DNA of 64,000 bases. Origin: Octopus vulgaris (lineage: Eukaryota). Within the stretch, counting starts at the first letter, position 1. The number at the start of each line of letters is the position of its first letter. The stretch is from positions 26,412,001-26,476,000 of the forward strand of contig OX597829.1 in NCBI GenBank assembly GCA_951406725.2, in the 5' to 3' direction. The translations under genes and the position numbers were made by a program. This document shows positions 1-15,913 of this stretch, one piece after another. The notes under the pieces are model-generated. The model was not told the DNA's origin. It made no database searches and saw only the letters and a list, made by a program, of their open reading frames with translations.

Positions 1-190
1 TGTCTGTGTTTGTCCCCTAATATCGCTTGACAACCGATATTGGTGTATTTCCGTCTCAGTACCTTAGCGGTTCGCAAACGAGACCGATAGAATAAATACT
101 AGCCTTACAAAGAATAAGTAGGTTTATTCGACTAAATGCGGTGCTCGAGCATGGCCGCAGTCAAATGACTAAAACAAATAAAGGAATAAA
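1..190 (+). mobile_element. SINE family A, 3' half (cut by window edge)
   Basis: Contains GCTTGACAACCGAT...TTAGCGGTTCG...GCGGTGCTCGAGCATGGCCGCAGTCAAATGACT, matching the 3' half of the full copy at 13239-13662. Confidence 0.85.
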
Positions 191-256
191 AGAAGAATAT
201 ATATACAGACATACACACACATATATACATATATATGTATGTGTGTGTGTGTGTGC

Positions 257-325
<69 letters not shown>

Positions 326-528
326 CACACATACACACATATATATTGAGATGCATTGGTCATCAGATTTTTCTTGGTCCGGTTCTTTATGGCAGTCATC
401 TAATTTATTGTGGTTAAAGGCACAGTTAATTTCTTGTGGATGACTCTACCCGCATTTTCCCCCCGTTTAAGATAATATCGATTCAATGCATACTGATAAA
501 TCTATGTACTAATATAAATATAATATAA

Positions 529-652
529 AAACATGGTACGGTGTTCAGTCCGGCTGTATTACACATTGGGCAAGTGTCTTCTACTATATGCACGGGCCGA
601 CCAGAAGCCTTGTGAGTGGATTTGGAAGACGGAAACTGAAAGAAGCCCGTCG

Positions 653-721
<69 letters not shown>

Positions 722-930
722 GTGCGCATATTTGTGTTTGTCCCCAACCCCAACCGATGTTGGTGTGTTTACGTCCCCGTAATTTAGTGGTTCGGTAAAA
801 GAAAATGATAGAATAAGTACGAGGCTTACAAAAAAAAAAAAGTCCGAAGATCGACTTTTTTTTTTTTTACTAAAAGCAGTACTCCAGCATGGCCGCAGTC
901 AAATGATTGAAACAAGTAAAAGAATAAAAT
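529..930 (+). mobile_element. SINE family A, 5'-eroded copy with internal (CA)n
   Basis: TTGGGCAAGTGTCTTCTACTATA...GGAAACTGAAAGAAGCCCGTCG, microsatellite, then the family 3' half ending CAGCATGGCCGCAGTCAAATGATTGAAAC. Confidence 0.85.
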
Positions 931-1014
931 AGTATATTCATATACACACACATACATACTTGTGTCTTTCTTTGTCTTTCGACGCCTGTCTTTTATTATA
1001 CTCAAAATCATAAA

Positions 1015-1207
1015 TACAGGATTGGCCAAAAGTCACCTGACAGTAAAACAAAACCTTTTAATTCCAAGATCAATTTATGTTTATTACAAATTTATGTTAA
1101 GCACAACATGCTCTCAGTAAAAGCATCTAAATATTCATATTTGGAATGAATAAATAAAATTGAATATTAAGTATTTATGGAATTTTTATTTACAGTTGGG
1201 TGACTTA
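1015..1207. mobile_element. Tc1/mariner-like MITE remnant
   Basis: Left end TACAGGATTGGCCAAAAGTCACCTGACAGTAA is partly mirrored by the right end TTACAGTTGGGTGACTT; AT-rich interior. Confidence 0.5.
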
Positions 1208-1260
1208 TGTGTACACGTATGTATATGTATATATGTATATATGTATATATGTATATATAT

Positions 1261-1324
<64 letters not shown>

Positions 1325-1557
1325 GTATTTATAAATAAATTGACATACACACACACACATAAAATACAAAATGGGACAAGAGCGCAAAACATCTAGACAG
1401 TTAATATATATATATATATTATTAATATATATATATATGCATATATATATATATATATATACACATATATATACATATATGTTGATAGATAGATAGATAT
1501 ATATACACATATACATATATACATATACCTATATATACATATATACATATATACACA

Positions 1558-1621
<64 letters not shown>

Positions 1622-1797
1622 AATATACATACATACAGCTATCTTGCTATCAATCAATATACTGATTGGTAACGTTTATGTGTGTACAGAACACGTGGCC
1701 TCGAAAGTAGAGTGTCGAATCCCTAGCGAACTGTGTGTTGTTTTCTTCAGCAAAGCACTTCATTTGGTTTGCTCTGCATACATATATGCATATTTAC

Positions 1798-1897
<100 letters not shown>

Positions 1898-2142
1898 GAT
1901 ATATATGGGGTATATATGCCTGGTGTTTAGCATGAAGCACTTCCACAGATATCGGCATTCAGCGCATTTAAAAATCGGGAGCTTTTCCACACAACTACTC
2001 CAATATTCGAATTTTGAGTAAATCCCAAAATATCCATAGATTATTTGTAAGGATAAGAATCAAAGAATGAAGTTAGCTAGTCATCTTGAAGTATTAAAAG
2101 GATTTGCTAACTGCTCTCCTTTCTTTGCATTCTGATATATAA

Positions 2143-2195
<53 letters not shown>

Positions 2196-2217
2196 GCACA
2201 CATGTAGATAGACAGAC

Positions 2218-2304
<87 letters not shown>

Positions 2305-3155
2305 CATATATGTAAATGTATGTATATATGTGTGTATGTATGTATGTATAATATAAATGAATTCATTTCATTCTCTTTTCAGACACTCGTTACAATCCAA
2401 GATCCATATGGAAGCATTCCCACGGATTAAATTATTCTTCAAGTCACGTGATCAATAACCAATATAATGATTTCTGGTAATAATAAATAAATACGTACGC
2501 ACACAAATATATATTAATATTTTACATAGAACCGGACATACGTGTACTTATATATATATGGTTATATAATTATATATATATACACGCACACACATCACAC
2601 ACACACACATATATATATATACGTATATACATACATAAATACATACATGCATACACACACATACACACACATCATCATCTTTCGTACATTTCAATAACAA
2701 ACAAAATACTCAGTGTCAAATCTTCAGAAACATGTAACCTTCATACATTATATTTACTGCATGATTACCAGAAATTATTACCTGTGAGGTAGCCACAAAT
2801 TATGGCAAACCCAAACTCTGGATTCTTACTACATGACACCAGGACATTAGCGCAAGCTAAAACACACACTGACTTTTAAATCGCTTTACACAAAGAATAT
2901 AATGTAATATAAATGCTTTCGTCATATATGGAAAGGATTTCTAACAACAAATAATTGAATTTATCGATGAGCATTTGATAAGAAATTGCCGGCCCGCAAA
3001 GGATTTTAGACAAATTTCAATAACGTATAGAAAACATATATATATATATTTATATATATGCATATATACGTAATGAATTTAAAGTGTATCATGATCAACG
3101 TAAAGCACTCTTAACTTACAAGAATATGTTTCATACATCAGCCATATAGAGAAGA

Positions 3156-3218
<63 letters not shown>

Positions 3219-3363
3219 TATATATATTATATATATATATATGTATATGTACATATATATATTTATATATATATTAATACATATATTTTATATATTTTAT
3301 ACAACCTTTTATGAACATTGAGTGTAAAATCCCGGTGGATTTATAAAAGAATGGGTAAGTACA

Positions 3364-3453
<90 letters not shown>

Positions 3454-3857
3454 GCATATATATTTGCGTATGTATATATGTACATATATATATTTGTATA
3501 TATTATCTATATATGCATGTAATGTATATATTATATATATATATATGTATATTTATATAATATATATATATCAAATATATGTATATATAATACATTTATA
3601 TTTATAAATATGTGTGTGTATATGTATGCATGCGTATGTATATATATATATATACACACACATTCATACATAAGTACGTACACACACACATACAGACGAA
3701 TAGACAGACAGTCATAACCTCATGATCAATGTTATTATTCTTATTTATAAAAGTAATATTGTTGTTGTTTGCTAATTTTGTTGTTGGTATTGCGAATATT
3801 GTCACCAGTATTTTTTCAGCAGTTGTCCAATGTGCTATTATGTTTGTTGTTTTTGTT

Positions 3858-4073
3858 GCTCTTCTCCTTCTTCTTCTTCTTCTTCTTCTTCTTCTTCTTC
3901 TTCTTCTTCTTCTTCTTCTTCTTCTTCTTCTTCTTCTTCTTCTTCTTCTTCTTCTTCTTCTTCTTCTTCTTCTTCTTTAATAACAGCAACAACAACAATG
4001 ATAATAATAATTATATAATCGACCTACAGATTTCCCGGGAACTGCCGGACTATTGCCAAAATTTGAAATAACG

Positions 4074-4140
<67 letters not shown>

Positions 4141-4206
4141 TAAATATTATTATTATTATCATCATCATCATCATCATCATTATTGCTATTATTATTAGTT
4201 TTGTTG

Positions 4207-4285
<79 letters not shown>

Positions 4286-4302
4286 CATCATCATCATCAT
4301 CA

Positions 4303-4345
<43 letters not shown>

Positions 4346-4468
4346 CATTATTATTATTATTATTGTTATTATTATTATTGTTATTGTTGTTATTGTTGAT
4401 GTTGTTGTTGCTGTTGTTGTTGCTGCTGCTGCTGTCGTCATCGTCATCATCATCATCATCATCATTAT
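3858..4468. repeat. Trinucleotide microsatellite cluster (CTT)n, (AAT)n, (ATT)n, (ATC)n, (GTT)n
   Basis: Directly visible tandem triplets; they explain the poly-L/F/S/K/I ORFs. Confidence 0.97.
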
Positions 4469-4469
4469 T

Positions 4470-4880
4470 GGCGAGCTGGTAAAATCATTAGCACGTCGGA
4501 CAAAAATGCTTAATGATATTTCGTCCGCCTTTACATTCTGTGTTTAAATACAGCGAAAATTAACTTTACCTTTCATTCTTCTTGGCTCAATAAAATAAGT
4601 ACCAGTTGAGGACGGGGGTTGATGACATAGATTTACTCCCACCCCCAAATTTGCGCCAAAATTTGAAAAATGGCGGCGAGCAGGCAGCAGTGTTTAGCAC
4701 TCCGAACAAAATGCTTAGCGGCATTTTGTCCGTGTTTACGTTGTGAGATTAATTCCACCGAGGTTCACTTTGCCGTTCACTGTTTCGGAGTCGATAAGGA
4801 CCAGTTGAACACTGGAGTCGAAGTAGTTGACTTAACAACTCTCCTGAAATTGCTGGTCTTGTGTCAAAATGTGAAACCTT
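4470..4880 (+). mobile_element. Two head-to-tail copies of SINE family B
   Basis: GGCGAGCTGGTAAAATCATTAGCACG at 4470 and GGCGGCGAGCAGGCAG at 4672; both carry the AAATGCTTAGCGGCATTT-type hairpin, central block and CAAAATTTGAAA-like tail. Confidence 0.8.
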
Positions 4881-4909
4881 ATCCGAATTAACCTACGTGG
4901 ACTGCCCCA

Positions 4910-5100
4910 CTCTTGGGGATTCTATTTAGTTATCAATTATTTATTTCTCTAATTTTTATTTATATATCCTTTGTTATATCCTTTAAATTTGTAGTGTCTC
5001 TTTTTGATCAATTTAAACTCCACCTGTTTTTGTGTGTTGTTTATAGTCCTTTGAATTTGACATCTATAACTTGGGCCCTTGTGGCCAATAAAGGGATTAT
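4910..5100 (+). mobile_element. 3' UTR fragment of a Tx1/L1-like LINE ending in (ATT)n
   Basis: T-rich tract ending GCCCTTGTGGCCAATAAAGGG + (ATT)n; similar to the terminus of the Tx1-like copy at 27850(-). Confidence 0.5.
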
Positions 5101-5112
5101 TATTATTACTAA

Positions 5113-5187
<75 letters not shown>

Positions 5188-5261
5188 CATTGTTGTTATT
5201 GTTATTATTATTATTATTGTTGTTGTTATTATTATTATTATTATTGTTGTTGTTGTTATTA

Positions 5262-5320
<59 letters not shown>

Positions 5321-5344
5321 ATTAGTAGTAGTAGTAGTAGTATA

Positions 5345-5690
5345 TGCTATATTAACAGGGATATTCCTTTGAGGTTTGGTCTCCTCAAGTCACTAGAATC
5401 TTTCTCAGGATTCTTGCAGATCAACAATGTGCCTATAAATTCCAAAATCCCTCAACCTCTTAGGTAACAGTTTGGGAGCTGTGTCGATTGCACCAATTAC
5501 CAAGGGAATAAATGTCGCTTTAGTCTCCCATAATCTTGCCATCTCTCTGGCTAGATCCTGTATGATTTTTCATTTGAATCCATTCTATTATCGCAGGGTA
5601 TTACAATATCTATGATCTTGTTTGTCTCTTTCATCCTCTCTAATCATCGTATGATCAGTTTTGGGGTAAAACCCTAGTTTTTACTCAATT
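5345..5690 (-). mobile_element. R4/Dong-clade non-LTR retrotransposon, decayed 3' fragment (restriction-like endonuclease)
   Basis: Minus-strand translation IIDIVIPCDNRMDSNEK../..QDLAREMARLWETKATFIPLVIGAIDTAPK matches the R4/Dong REL motif; flanked by (TAA)n on both sides. Confidence 0.75.
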
Positions 5691-5779
5691 TGTGGGTAAA
5701 ACCCGAAAGGTTTTCCGCATAAACCCTGTAATTTTTTTATTATGTGTTTGTACCTACTCATTATTATTATTATTATTAA

Positions 5780-6008
<229 letters not shown>

Positions 6009-6088
6009 CTTGTTGTTGTTGTTGTTGTTGTTGTTCTTGTTGTTCTTGTTGTTATTATTATTATCATCATTACTACTACTATTACTAA

Positions 6089-6170
<82 letters not shown>

Positions 6171-6197
6171 GTAATTATTATCATTATTATTATTATA

Positions 6198-6412
6198 CGG
6201 CAGCGAGCTGGCGGAATCGTTAGCACGCTGGATGAAATGCTTTGGTGGTATTTTGTCCGTGGCTACGTTGTGAGTTCAATTCCTGCCGAGGTCGACTTTG
6301 CCTTTCATCCTTTCGTGGTCGATAAATTAAGTACCAGTTGAACGCTGGGGTCGATATAATCGATTCATCCCCTTCTCCACAATTGCTGCTCTTGTGGCAA
6401 AATTTGAAACCA
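6198..6412 (+). mobile_element. SINE family B, full-length
   Basis: GGCAGCGAGCTGGCGGAATCGTTAGC head, GAGTTCAATTCC B-box-like motif, GCCTTTCATCCTTTCGTGGTCGATAAATTAAGTACCAG central block, tail CTTGTGGCAAAATTTGAAACC + (ATT)n. Confidence 0.85.
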
Positions 6413-6947
6413 TTATTATTATTGTTGTTGTTGATGCTGTTGTTACTGTTTTTATTATTATTATTACCGTTATAATTATTGCTGTTGTTACTGTTATTAT
6501 TTTTAGTTATTTTTGTGGTTGTTCCTATTATTATTACTGTTATTGCTATTTTTATTTTCGTCAATATTACTATTATTGGTAGTGGTAGCGGTGATGCTAC
6601 TATTTTTGTTGTGATATAGCATCCGTTATGTAATGAATAGTCATTATTGAATGTATTATTATCGACACAGTATAATAATATATAAACGTCTCGTAAATTT
6701 AGCACATATATATCATTTTCACGGGTATTGTTATTCGCAATGGAGTGCCACGATATGCAATTATGTTAGACTGATATCGTCATATTTGACTTATATTGGG
6801 ATTTGACTTATACCAATATAAGAATAAACATACATATATACATATATACAGACATACATGCATACAGACATACATACATACATACACACATACATAATAC
6901 ATGCATACATACATATACATTTATATATATATATACATATATATATT

Positions 6948-6991
<44 letters not shown>

Positions 6992-6998
6992 CAATACG

Positions 6999-7068
<70 letters not shown>

Positions 7069-7250
7069 TAATATAAATATATAATATAAATCTGTGTAAT
7101 ACATTTGAGTGTTTATAAATATACACATCGCTTGGATATTTACCACGTCTCGATAAACCTCTACACCCTGAAAATGTTTTTTTTTTTAAATATTTATTGC
7201 GGATAGTTTGAAGTTAAGTTTCTTCCTACATCTCCATCCCTGGATCTTAC

Positions 7251-7303
<53 letters not shown>

Positions 7304-7463
7304 CATACGCACACACACATACATATATATGTGATATCGGGGCGGACACTCGGAGTTTTATCATGGCTACCGAATTATTATCACTCATTATATTTGCAAA
7401 TACATAATACATACATATATATATATATATACACACGCACACACACACACATATATATATGTT

Positions 7464-7523
<60 letters not shown>

Positions 7524-7699
7524 AATTTACATATATATACACACAAAAGCATAAAACATACATGTGCATACACGAAGAAATATAAATATGATTATATATA
7601 TATTATATATATTATATATATTATATATTTTTTTTACTATTTTTAAAATTTTATCTAGTTTCAGCTCACGAGCTGTGGCCATGCTGGGGCACCGCTATT

Positions 7700-7758
<59 letters not shown>

Positions 7759-7826
7759 AATGTTACAATTTACATAATATTTACATAATATTGTTGTCTC
7801 TTTCTTTTGTTATCTTACCGTTTTTA

Positions 7827-7893
<67 letters not shown>

Positions 7894-7946
7894 ATATATA
7901 CCTATCTATTTGTCTACTTATTTATGAATCTCCGTATATACACAAT

Positions 7947-7991
<45 letters not shown>

Positions 7992-8268
7992 CATAAATGT
8001 GTGCATGCGTGTGTGAGTTTATGTGTGTGCGTGCGCGCACGTATGTCTGCGCATGCATATATTTCTATAAAAATATATATTTAGTCACACACACACATGT
8101 AGACAAACGCTAATTTAAATATATGGATAAAATGTTTATGAATGTCAAAATACAGTTGCGTATATATCAGTATATATATAAAATTCACCCTCGCTCTCAC
8201 TCTCTCTCTCTCTTTCTATCTTTCTATCAATGTGCATAGATATATGTATGGGTGTGTGTGCGCTTGTA

Positions 8269-8308
<40 letters not shown>

Positions 8309-8517
8309 AACACGAATACATATTGTCATGTATGTGTGTTTAAATATAGATATATATATACATACGTGTGTGTATAAACAAATATATATGTGTGTATATA
8401 TTTACATACCTACATACATATACTCACATACACAAATATGCGTGTACATGAGTACATACATTTATATTTTTGTGTGTATGTGTGTTCATAAGAATACACA
8501 CCCTACATATACCTATC

Positions 8518-8567
<50 letters not shown>

Positions 8568-8941
8568 TACATACTTAGATATGTACATCTATCTATATAT
8601 TACATACATATACGGGGGATGACCACTAGGTTGACATCCAATATGCGAAATGTAGCACCCATATGGTCTGACCACTAAGAAGAAAATTATTCTCATTTGT
8701 AGACCATATGGGGTCTACATTTAGCATATTGGATGTCCACCTAGTGGTTTTCCCACTTATATGTATGTAATATAATTTTTCTAAATCTTCAGATCTTTTT
8801 ATTATGCTAGGCCACTGGTTGAAATTGATGTTAATCAAATTAACATAAATTTTTCACCCTTATAATCTATATATGTGCGTGTGTGTGTGTGTGCGTGAGT
8901 GTGTGTGTGCGTGTGTGTGTAGATAGATAGACAGACAGACT

Positions 8942-8990
<49 letters not shown>

Positions 8991-9034
8991 GTAGATAGAT
9001 AGATAGATAGATAGACACACAGACACACAGACAT

Positions 9035-9167
<133 letters not shown>

Positions 9168-9409
9168 ATGGAAATGGAATTCCCAAAACGCTCTATCCAA
9201 AAGGATCGTAGTGAATAAACAGTCTTGTGAATTCCATTTTCTTTCTCTCATTTTTTACAAACACTACGAACCAAAAGGAATTTCTGAATTAAATCAAGTC
9301 GCATATCATCCGTACTTTCATTGACATTAGATTGCCGTATAACGTAGAATGGCTTGAAACGGCACTCTACAAGATGTATTCTCGAATATAATTTTAAAAT
9401 AATACTTAA

Positions 9410-9449
<40 letters not shown>

Positions 9450-9620
9450 TATACCTACAGACACACACATATATACACATGCACACACATACATACAAAT
9501 ATGCTTACACATACATTTATATATATAAATGTATGTGTGTATATATATATAAATATACATTTATATATATACACACACATACATACAAATATGCTTACAC
9601 ATACTTATACACAACACATA

Positions 9621-9682
<62 letters not shown>

Positions 9683-10091
9683 TGTATATATGCATATATA
9701 TATATATATGCATGTATATATGTGTATATATACATATATATATATATATGCCTATGTATGTATGTATATGCATATATAAATATTTACATATATATGTATA
9801 TATATGTATGGGAATGTATAGATATCTTTATATATATATGAGTGTTTATATTATATATATGTATATATATATATCTATATTTATGCATACGCACGTGCGC
9901 ACCACACACACACATGCACATACATACACACGCACACATACACACACTGAATGCCCTTCCATGCTTCATTGCTTGTAGCATACATTTATGTAAACACAAT
10001 GTTATATATATATTAATTCAAATAATAACAGACACACTGTCAGAGTGGAGATTACATAGGCACAGAAATGCATGCATATATACAACACATG

Positions 10092-10130
<39 letters not shown>

Positions 10131-10454
10131 CGATGGGTGAATGAATTATCCTATGTTTACCGTCAACATGGTAAATTCGATGAACCGATACCAGGGTATC
10201 TTACACCGTTTATTCCTTTGGAATAAAACCATGTTGTCTTCGAAACATATGCCGAAAGTAAAGGAATTTTATTAACATCTTCGTTCAACTCCATTTATTT
10301 ATTTATTCATATATATATATATATAGAGTATTAGGTGTGATGCACATAATTGAATATTGAGAAAAAGTCATCAGAACTTAGGGAAAAAAATACTTTTAAT
10401 TCTTCATTATTATTAGCGCTTTCCTTCCTCTCTAGAACTTGTCAAATACAATTT

Positions 10455-10525
<71 letters not shown>

Positions 10526-10606
10526 GTATGTATATGTATATATATATGATTTTTGATTTTGATTTTTCCAGTTTCAGCTAATGAGCTGTGGCCATGCTGG
10601 GGCACC

Positions 10607-10680
<74 letters not shown>

Positions 10681-10719
10681 TGTATATATTGTATATATAT
10701 GTACATATATTTGTATATA

Positions 10720-10866
<147 letters not shown>

Positions 10867-10914
10867 TGTATATATTGTATATATATGTACATATATTTGT
10901 ATATATATATATTC

Positions 10915-10969
<55 letters not shown>

Positions 10970-11340
10970 TATATTTGTATGTGTTGTATATATGCATGCA
11001 TTTCTGTGCCTATGTAATCTCCACTCTATATATATATACACACAACATGGAGACTTGTCCATCCTTAAAATTTATTTTCTCCTACTTTACAACGGTATCA
11101 ACCCGGTGATATATCCCTCGAAACACGAACGTGTGCGTGTGTGAGTGGGGTGGCGTGAGTATGTATATATATTGTTGTGTCTAGGAAGAGTCATCCTCAT
11201 ATAGTGTCTTATTATTTAACACACTCGCCGGTAAAGTGTCCACTCGTTATTTTTTTTACTAAAACTCGTTTATTTTTTCTAAAATTATCGTTGCGTCTTT
11301 CAAGCTTTTCAATAGTCGTTGACTTTGTATGTGTGTGTGT

Positions 11341-11379
<39 letters not shown>

Positions 11380-11774
11380 ATATATATATACATATATATA
11401 TTTATAAACATATCTATATGCATGTGTATATGTGTGTGTGCGTAAATATACATATGCATATATACATATATACATAAATATACGTATACTTGCATGAATC
11501 CAAAGATTTATGAAAAAACACACATATATATGTGTACATGTGTGTACATACATACATACATATATTCATACATACATACATACATGCATACATACATGCA
11601 TACATACATACATACATACATACATACATACATACATACATACATACATACATACATACATACATACATGCATACATGCATGCATGCATGCATACATACA
11701 TACATACATACATACATACATACATACATACATACATACATACATACATACATACATACATACATACATACGTA

Positions 11775-12160
11775 CCGTCGATTCTTGTTTATTTTCGACT
11801 CATTTCTAGAATCGAACCTGGTAAAGTAGTTAGGCAGAAATGCCTTTCTCTGTAATTCTTACCACGATGTGTGCTCATCTCGTATCCCAGATAAAAATTT
11901 GTCACACGTTGTATTGCTTGAGGCAAATTATTAAAAAGTGAACTGGGCCTTTGAACCCTAGCGTGAGTCCTCACTTTTGGACGGCCAGGAGGAATTGTTG
12001 GTACTATGCAGTAGTGTTTATTCTGGAGATTTGTATACCTTTCAATCCAAAGTTGTACTTTTATTCTTTTATACGCTTCAGTTCTAAGGTTGTAGCCATG
12101 CTCGTTATATATATAAAAATTCGTTTTAAATTCGTTTAGGTTATCGCTGAGGGTATGCAA
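11775..12160 (-). mobile_element. CR1-group LINE, decayed C-terminal fragment
   Basis: ORF 11789-12160 contains HYCIVPTIP...SLFNNLPQAIQRVT, like the post-RT region (GPxLFNxLP) of the CR1-like copies at 18694 and 38985. Confidence 0.5.
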
Positions 12161-12709
12161 ATAAAGTTCCTATTTTATTATGCCGGCTATTGAATCAGTT
12201 TTTCGGGGTTGTATCGTGGTTATACCGATATAATGTAGTATAAATGTTATAAAAACAATAATTCTAGGTTGGAATTTATAAATATTTAATGCATCGCTAT
12301 GCGCGTTTCCACAAATCAGATGACTTTAAAACAGATTACGTATCCTTGGGTTGATTACACCAAAGTCCGTTGAATACGTAGGCATTCGGTTGATCATCAT
12401 CATCGATTCATTTCATCACACTGGCATGAAGGGATAAACATCCCTCTGTGATTCATCCACTAATGCTGTATGGCCCGATGAAATGAATCAATGAAGATGA
12501 TCAACCGGATGCCCACGGATACTACGGACTATACTGTAATCATCCCACGGATGCATTAAATATTAATAAATTCCATCATAAAATTATTGTTATATTATAT
12601 ATATGCATATGGATAGATAGATATAGATAGATACATATATATATATATATACTTATATAGATACAGACATGCACATACATATATATAGATATACACACAC
12701 ATACATATA

Positions 12710-12758
<49 letters not shown>

Positions 12759-12805
12759 GCATGTTTGTTTATGTAGATGTAATTATATATATATATATAT
12801 ATATA

Positions 12806-12881
12806 TTGCGTTCTTGTCCCATTTTGTATTTATGTATATATATATATATATATATATTGCGTTCTTGTCCCATTTTGTATT

Positions 12882-12934
<53 letters not shown>

Positions 12935-13040
12935 CAAAATGGGACAAGAACGCAAAACTTTCAGAAGACGATACAAAAAACACGGACGGGTCATTCGAAG
13001 CCTTTAATCTTCAGTCAAGAACCGGATCATCCTCGCAATG
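12806..13040. mobile_element. Short PLE-type terminal fragments in opposite orientations within (TA)n
   Basis: TTGCGTTCTTGTCCCATTTTGTATTT occurs twice (12806, 12857), then its reverse complement extended (12929-13040); same family at 1361-1400 and 53589-53710. Confidence 0.6.
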
Positions 13041-13238
13041 CACATCATATGGGCACATACACATAAAAAAATTTATATTTATGTGACCTGAGCATAATTT
13101 CAGAGGTGGAATAAAATATACCCTTGGATATTTTATTTGTGTTTATGGATTCACTATACCTGACTGCTGCTATAATGAATCCATAAACATCCAAGGGTAT
13201 ATTGTTCCCCCTCTAAAGATATTATGCTTAGTCATATA

Positions 13239-13662
13239 GGCGCAGGAGTGGCTGTTTGGTAAGTAGCTTGCTAACCAACCACATGGTTCCGGGTTCAGTC
13301 CCACTGCGTGGCATCTTGGGCAAGTGTATTCTGCTATAGCTCCGGGCCGACCAATGCCTTGTGAGTGGATTTGGTAGACGGAAACTGAAAGAACCCTGTC
13401 GTATATATGTATATATATATAAGTGTGTGTGAATATGTTTGTGTGTCTGTGTTTGTTCCCCTAGCATTGCTTGACAACCGATGCTGGTGTGTTTACGTCC
13501 CCGTCACTTAGCGGTTCGGCAAAAGAGACCGATAGAATAAGTACTGGGCTTACAAAGAATAAGTCCCGGGGCCGATTTGCTCGACTAAAGGCGGTGCTCC
13601 AGCATGGCCGCAGTCAAATGACTGAAACAAGTAAAAAGAGTAAAAAAAAGAGTAAAAAAGAG
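13239..13662 (+). mobile_element. SINE family A, full-length tRNA-derived SINE
   Basis: GGCGCAGGAGTGGCTGTTTGGTAAG (A box) ... GGGTTCAGTCCC (B box), CORE-like CTTGGGCAAGT, internal microsatellite, 3' hairpin CAGTC-AAAT-GACTG and AAAAGAGT tandem tail. Confidence 0.92.
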
Positions 13663-14115
13663 TATTTACTGAATATTAACTGAAACAGCTGTAAGTGAAA
13701 ATGATTAATTTGCTGTTAATAATAAACATTTAACTTCCCAATCTACGTTTTCATTTTCCTCTTATATATGAATACAAACTATATGTTTTCATATATATAC
13801 CTGTTATTTTAAGGAAATTAATTCCCCCCAAAATACTAGTTATTGAACTAGTGCTTCCTTGGATGAAACCATACTTCGATTAGAGGTTGTGTTAAATTCA
13901 TGAAGGGATGGTTTCATCCAAGGAAATAGTGGTTCAATACCTAGTATTGTGGGGGAATAAATTTCCTTAAAATAAGATAGATCCGAAAGATTTATGGGAT
14001 AACTTTAGGTTTCCCGCCCATAAAGGGTTTGGCTTTATTGTGTATCGTCTACGTCATAAAGCTAAACACTTTATGAACGGGAAACATAAGGTAATCCCAT
14101 AAACCGGCCTTTCCC

Positions 14116-14169
<54 letters not shown>

Positions 14170-14214
14170 AATTTATATATACATATACATATACATACAT
14201 ACATACACACATAC

Positions 14215-14278
<64 letters not shown>

Positions 14279-14854
14279 AAAGAAGAGGTGCATTCCCACG
14301 AAGGAAAAAATATAGGAAAATTTGTTTTTGAAAATGCATCTGAATTTTAAAAACGTATAGTTGTTTTTACACGGATTTATTCACACACATGCAAAACTAG
14401 TTCCAACAATGTTTTGTTTATCAATGGTACAAATATATATATATAAAAAGGTAGTTTTAACTTAATAATTTAAAATTCTGTTAAAATCCCATTGTTTTAT
14501 AAGCATTTGAACCATTGATAAACAAGAAAAATTGTTGAAACTAGTTTGGTATGTATGTGAATAAATTTATTTAATAACAAATACACGCTTTTCAAATTCA
14601 TGTGCATTTTATGAGCAAATTCTTCTACACACACACACACACACACACACAAATACACATGCATGTACCATTACACAAATTTTGGGGAAGAATACTGTGA
14701 CTGACAACCACGTGACTTCGGTTTCCGTTCAACTGTTTGTCATCTTGTATGATACAAAACGATAGAGGCTATCTTAAATGTATGTGTGTGTATGTGTGTG
14801 TGTGCGTGTGTGTGCGTGCGTGCGTATGTGTGCGTGCGTGTGTGTGTGTATTAT

Positions 14855-15817
14855 GTCTGCGTGTGTCATTTCCCTCTCTACCGCTTGTCATCCGGCATTA
14901 TTTTGTTTCGGCCTAAGACAGCGCTAAAAGAAACCTCAGACTTTAAAAGTTAAATCCTACGGTTGATTTATTCGACTAAAACCACCAAGATCGTGTCTCA
15001 GCATGGTCACAAGCTAGTGACTGAACGAAGCTAAAAATGTAATATATAACTGCATATATGTGAATGTGTGTATGTGTGCGCGCGCGCGCGTGTGTATGAG
15101 TGTGTGTGGATGTGCGTGTGTATGCTAGTATGTATATACATAAATGCATACATACACACACACACACGTGTGGTAAGAAGTTTGCTTCCCAATTGAATGG
15201 TTCCGGGTTCAGTCCCACTGCATGGCATCTTGGGTAAGTCTTCTAGTTTAGCCTCGAGTCGACCACAGCCTTGTGAGTGGATTTGGTAGACGGAAACTGG
15301 AAGAAGCCGGTCATATACATATATATATGTGTGTGTGTGTGTGTTTATATATATATGTGTGTGTGTGTGTGTGTATGTACATATTTATGTGAGTTGTCTT
15401 TGTGTCTGTGTTTGTCCCCACCCCACCATCGCTTGACAACCGATATTGGTGTGTTTACGTCTCTGTAACTTAGCGGAAAAAAGGGACCAATAGTATAAGT
15501 ACTAGGCTTACAAAGAATAAGTCCAGGGGTTGATTTCTTCGACTAAAACCCCACTAACGCGGTGCTCCAGCATGGCTGCAACCAAATAACCGAAACAAGT
15601 AAAAGAATAAATAACAGAATATATAAACACACACATACACACACATATACATAGACGTATATGTATGTATTTATGAATATATAAATGCAGGAGTGGCTGT
15701 GTAGTAAGTAGCTTGATTACCAACCACATGGTTCCGGGTTCAGTTCCACTGCGTGGCACCTTGGGCAAGCGTCTTCTACTATAGCCTCGGGCTGACCAAA
15801 GCCTTGTGAGTGAATTT

Positions 15818-15913
<96 letters not shown>

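Noticed and set aside
10125-10300. GAAACATATGCC as a hammerhead 3' half (also GACGTACGTC at about 54950)
   Set aside because: No 5' core or stems could be assigned; too weak to call
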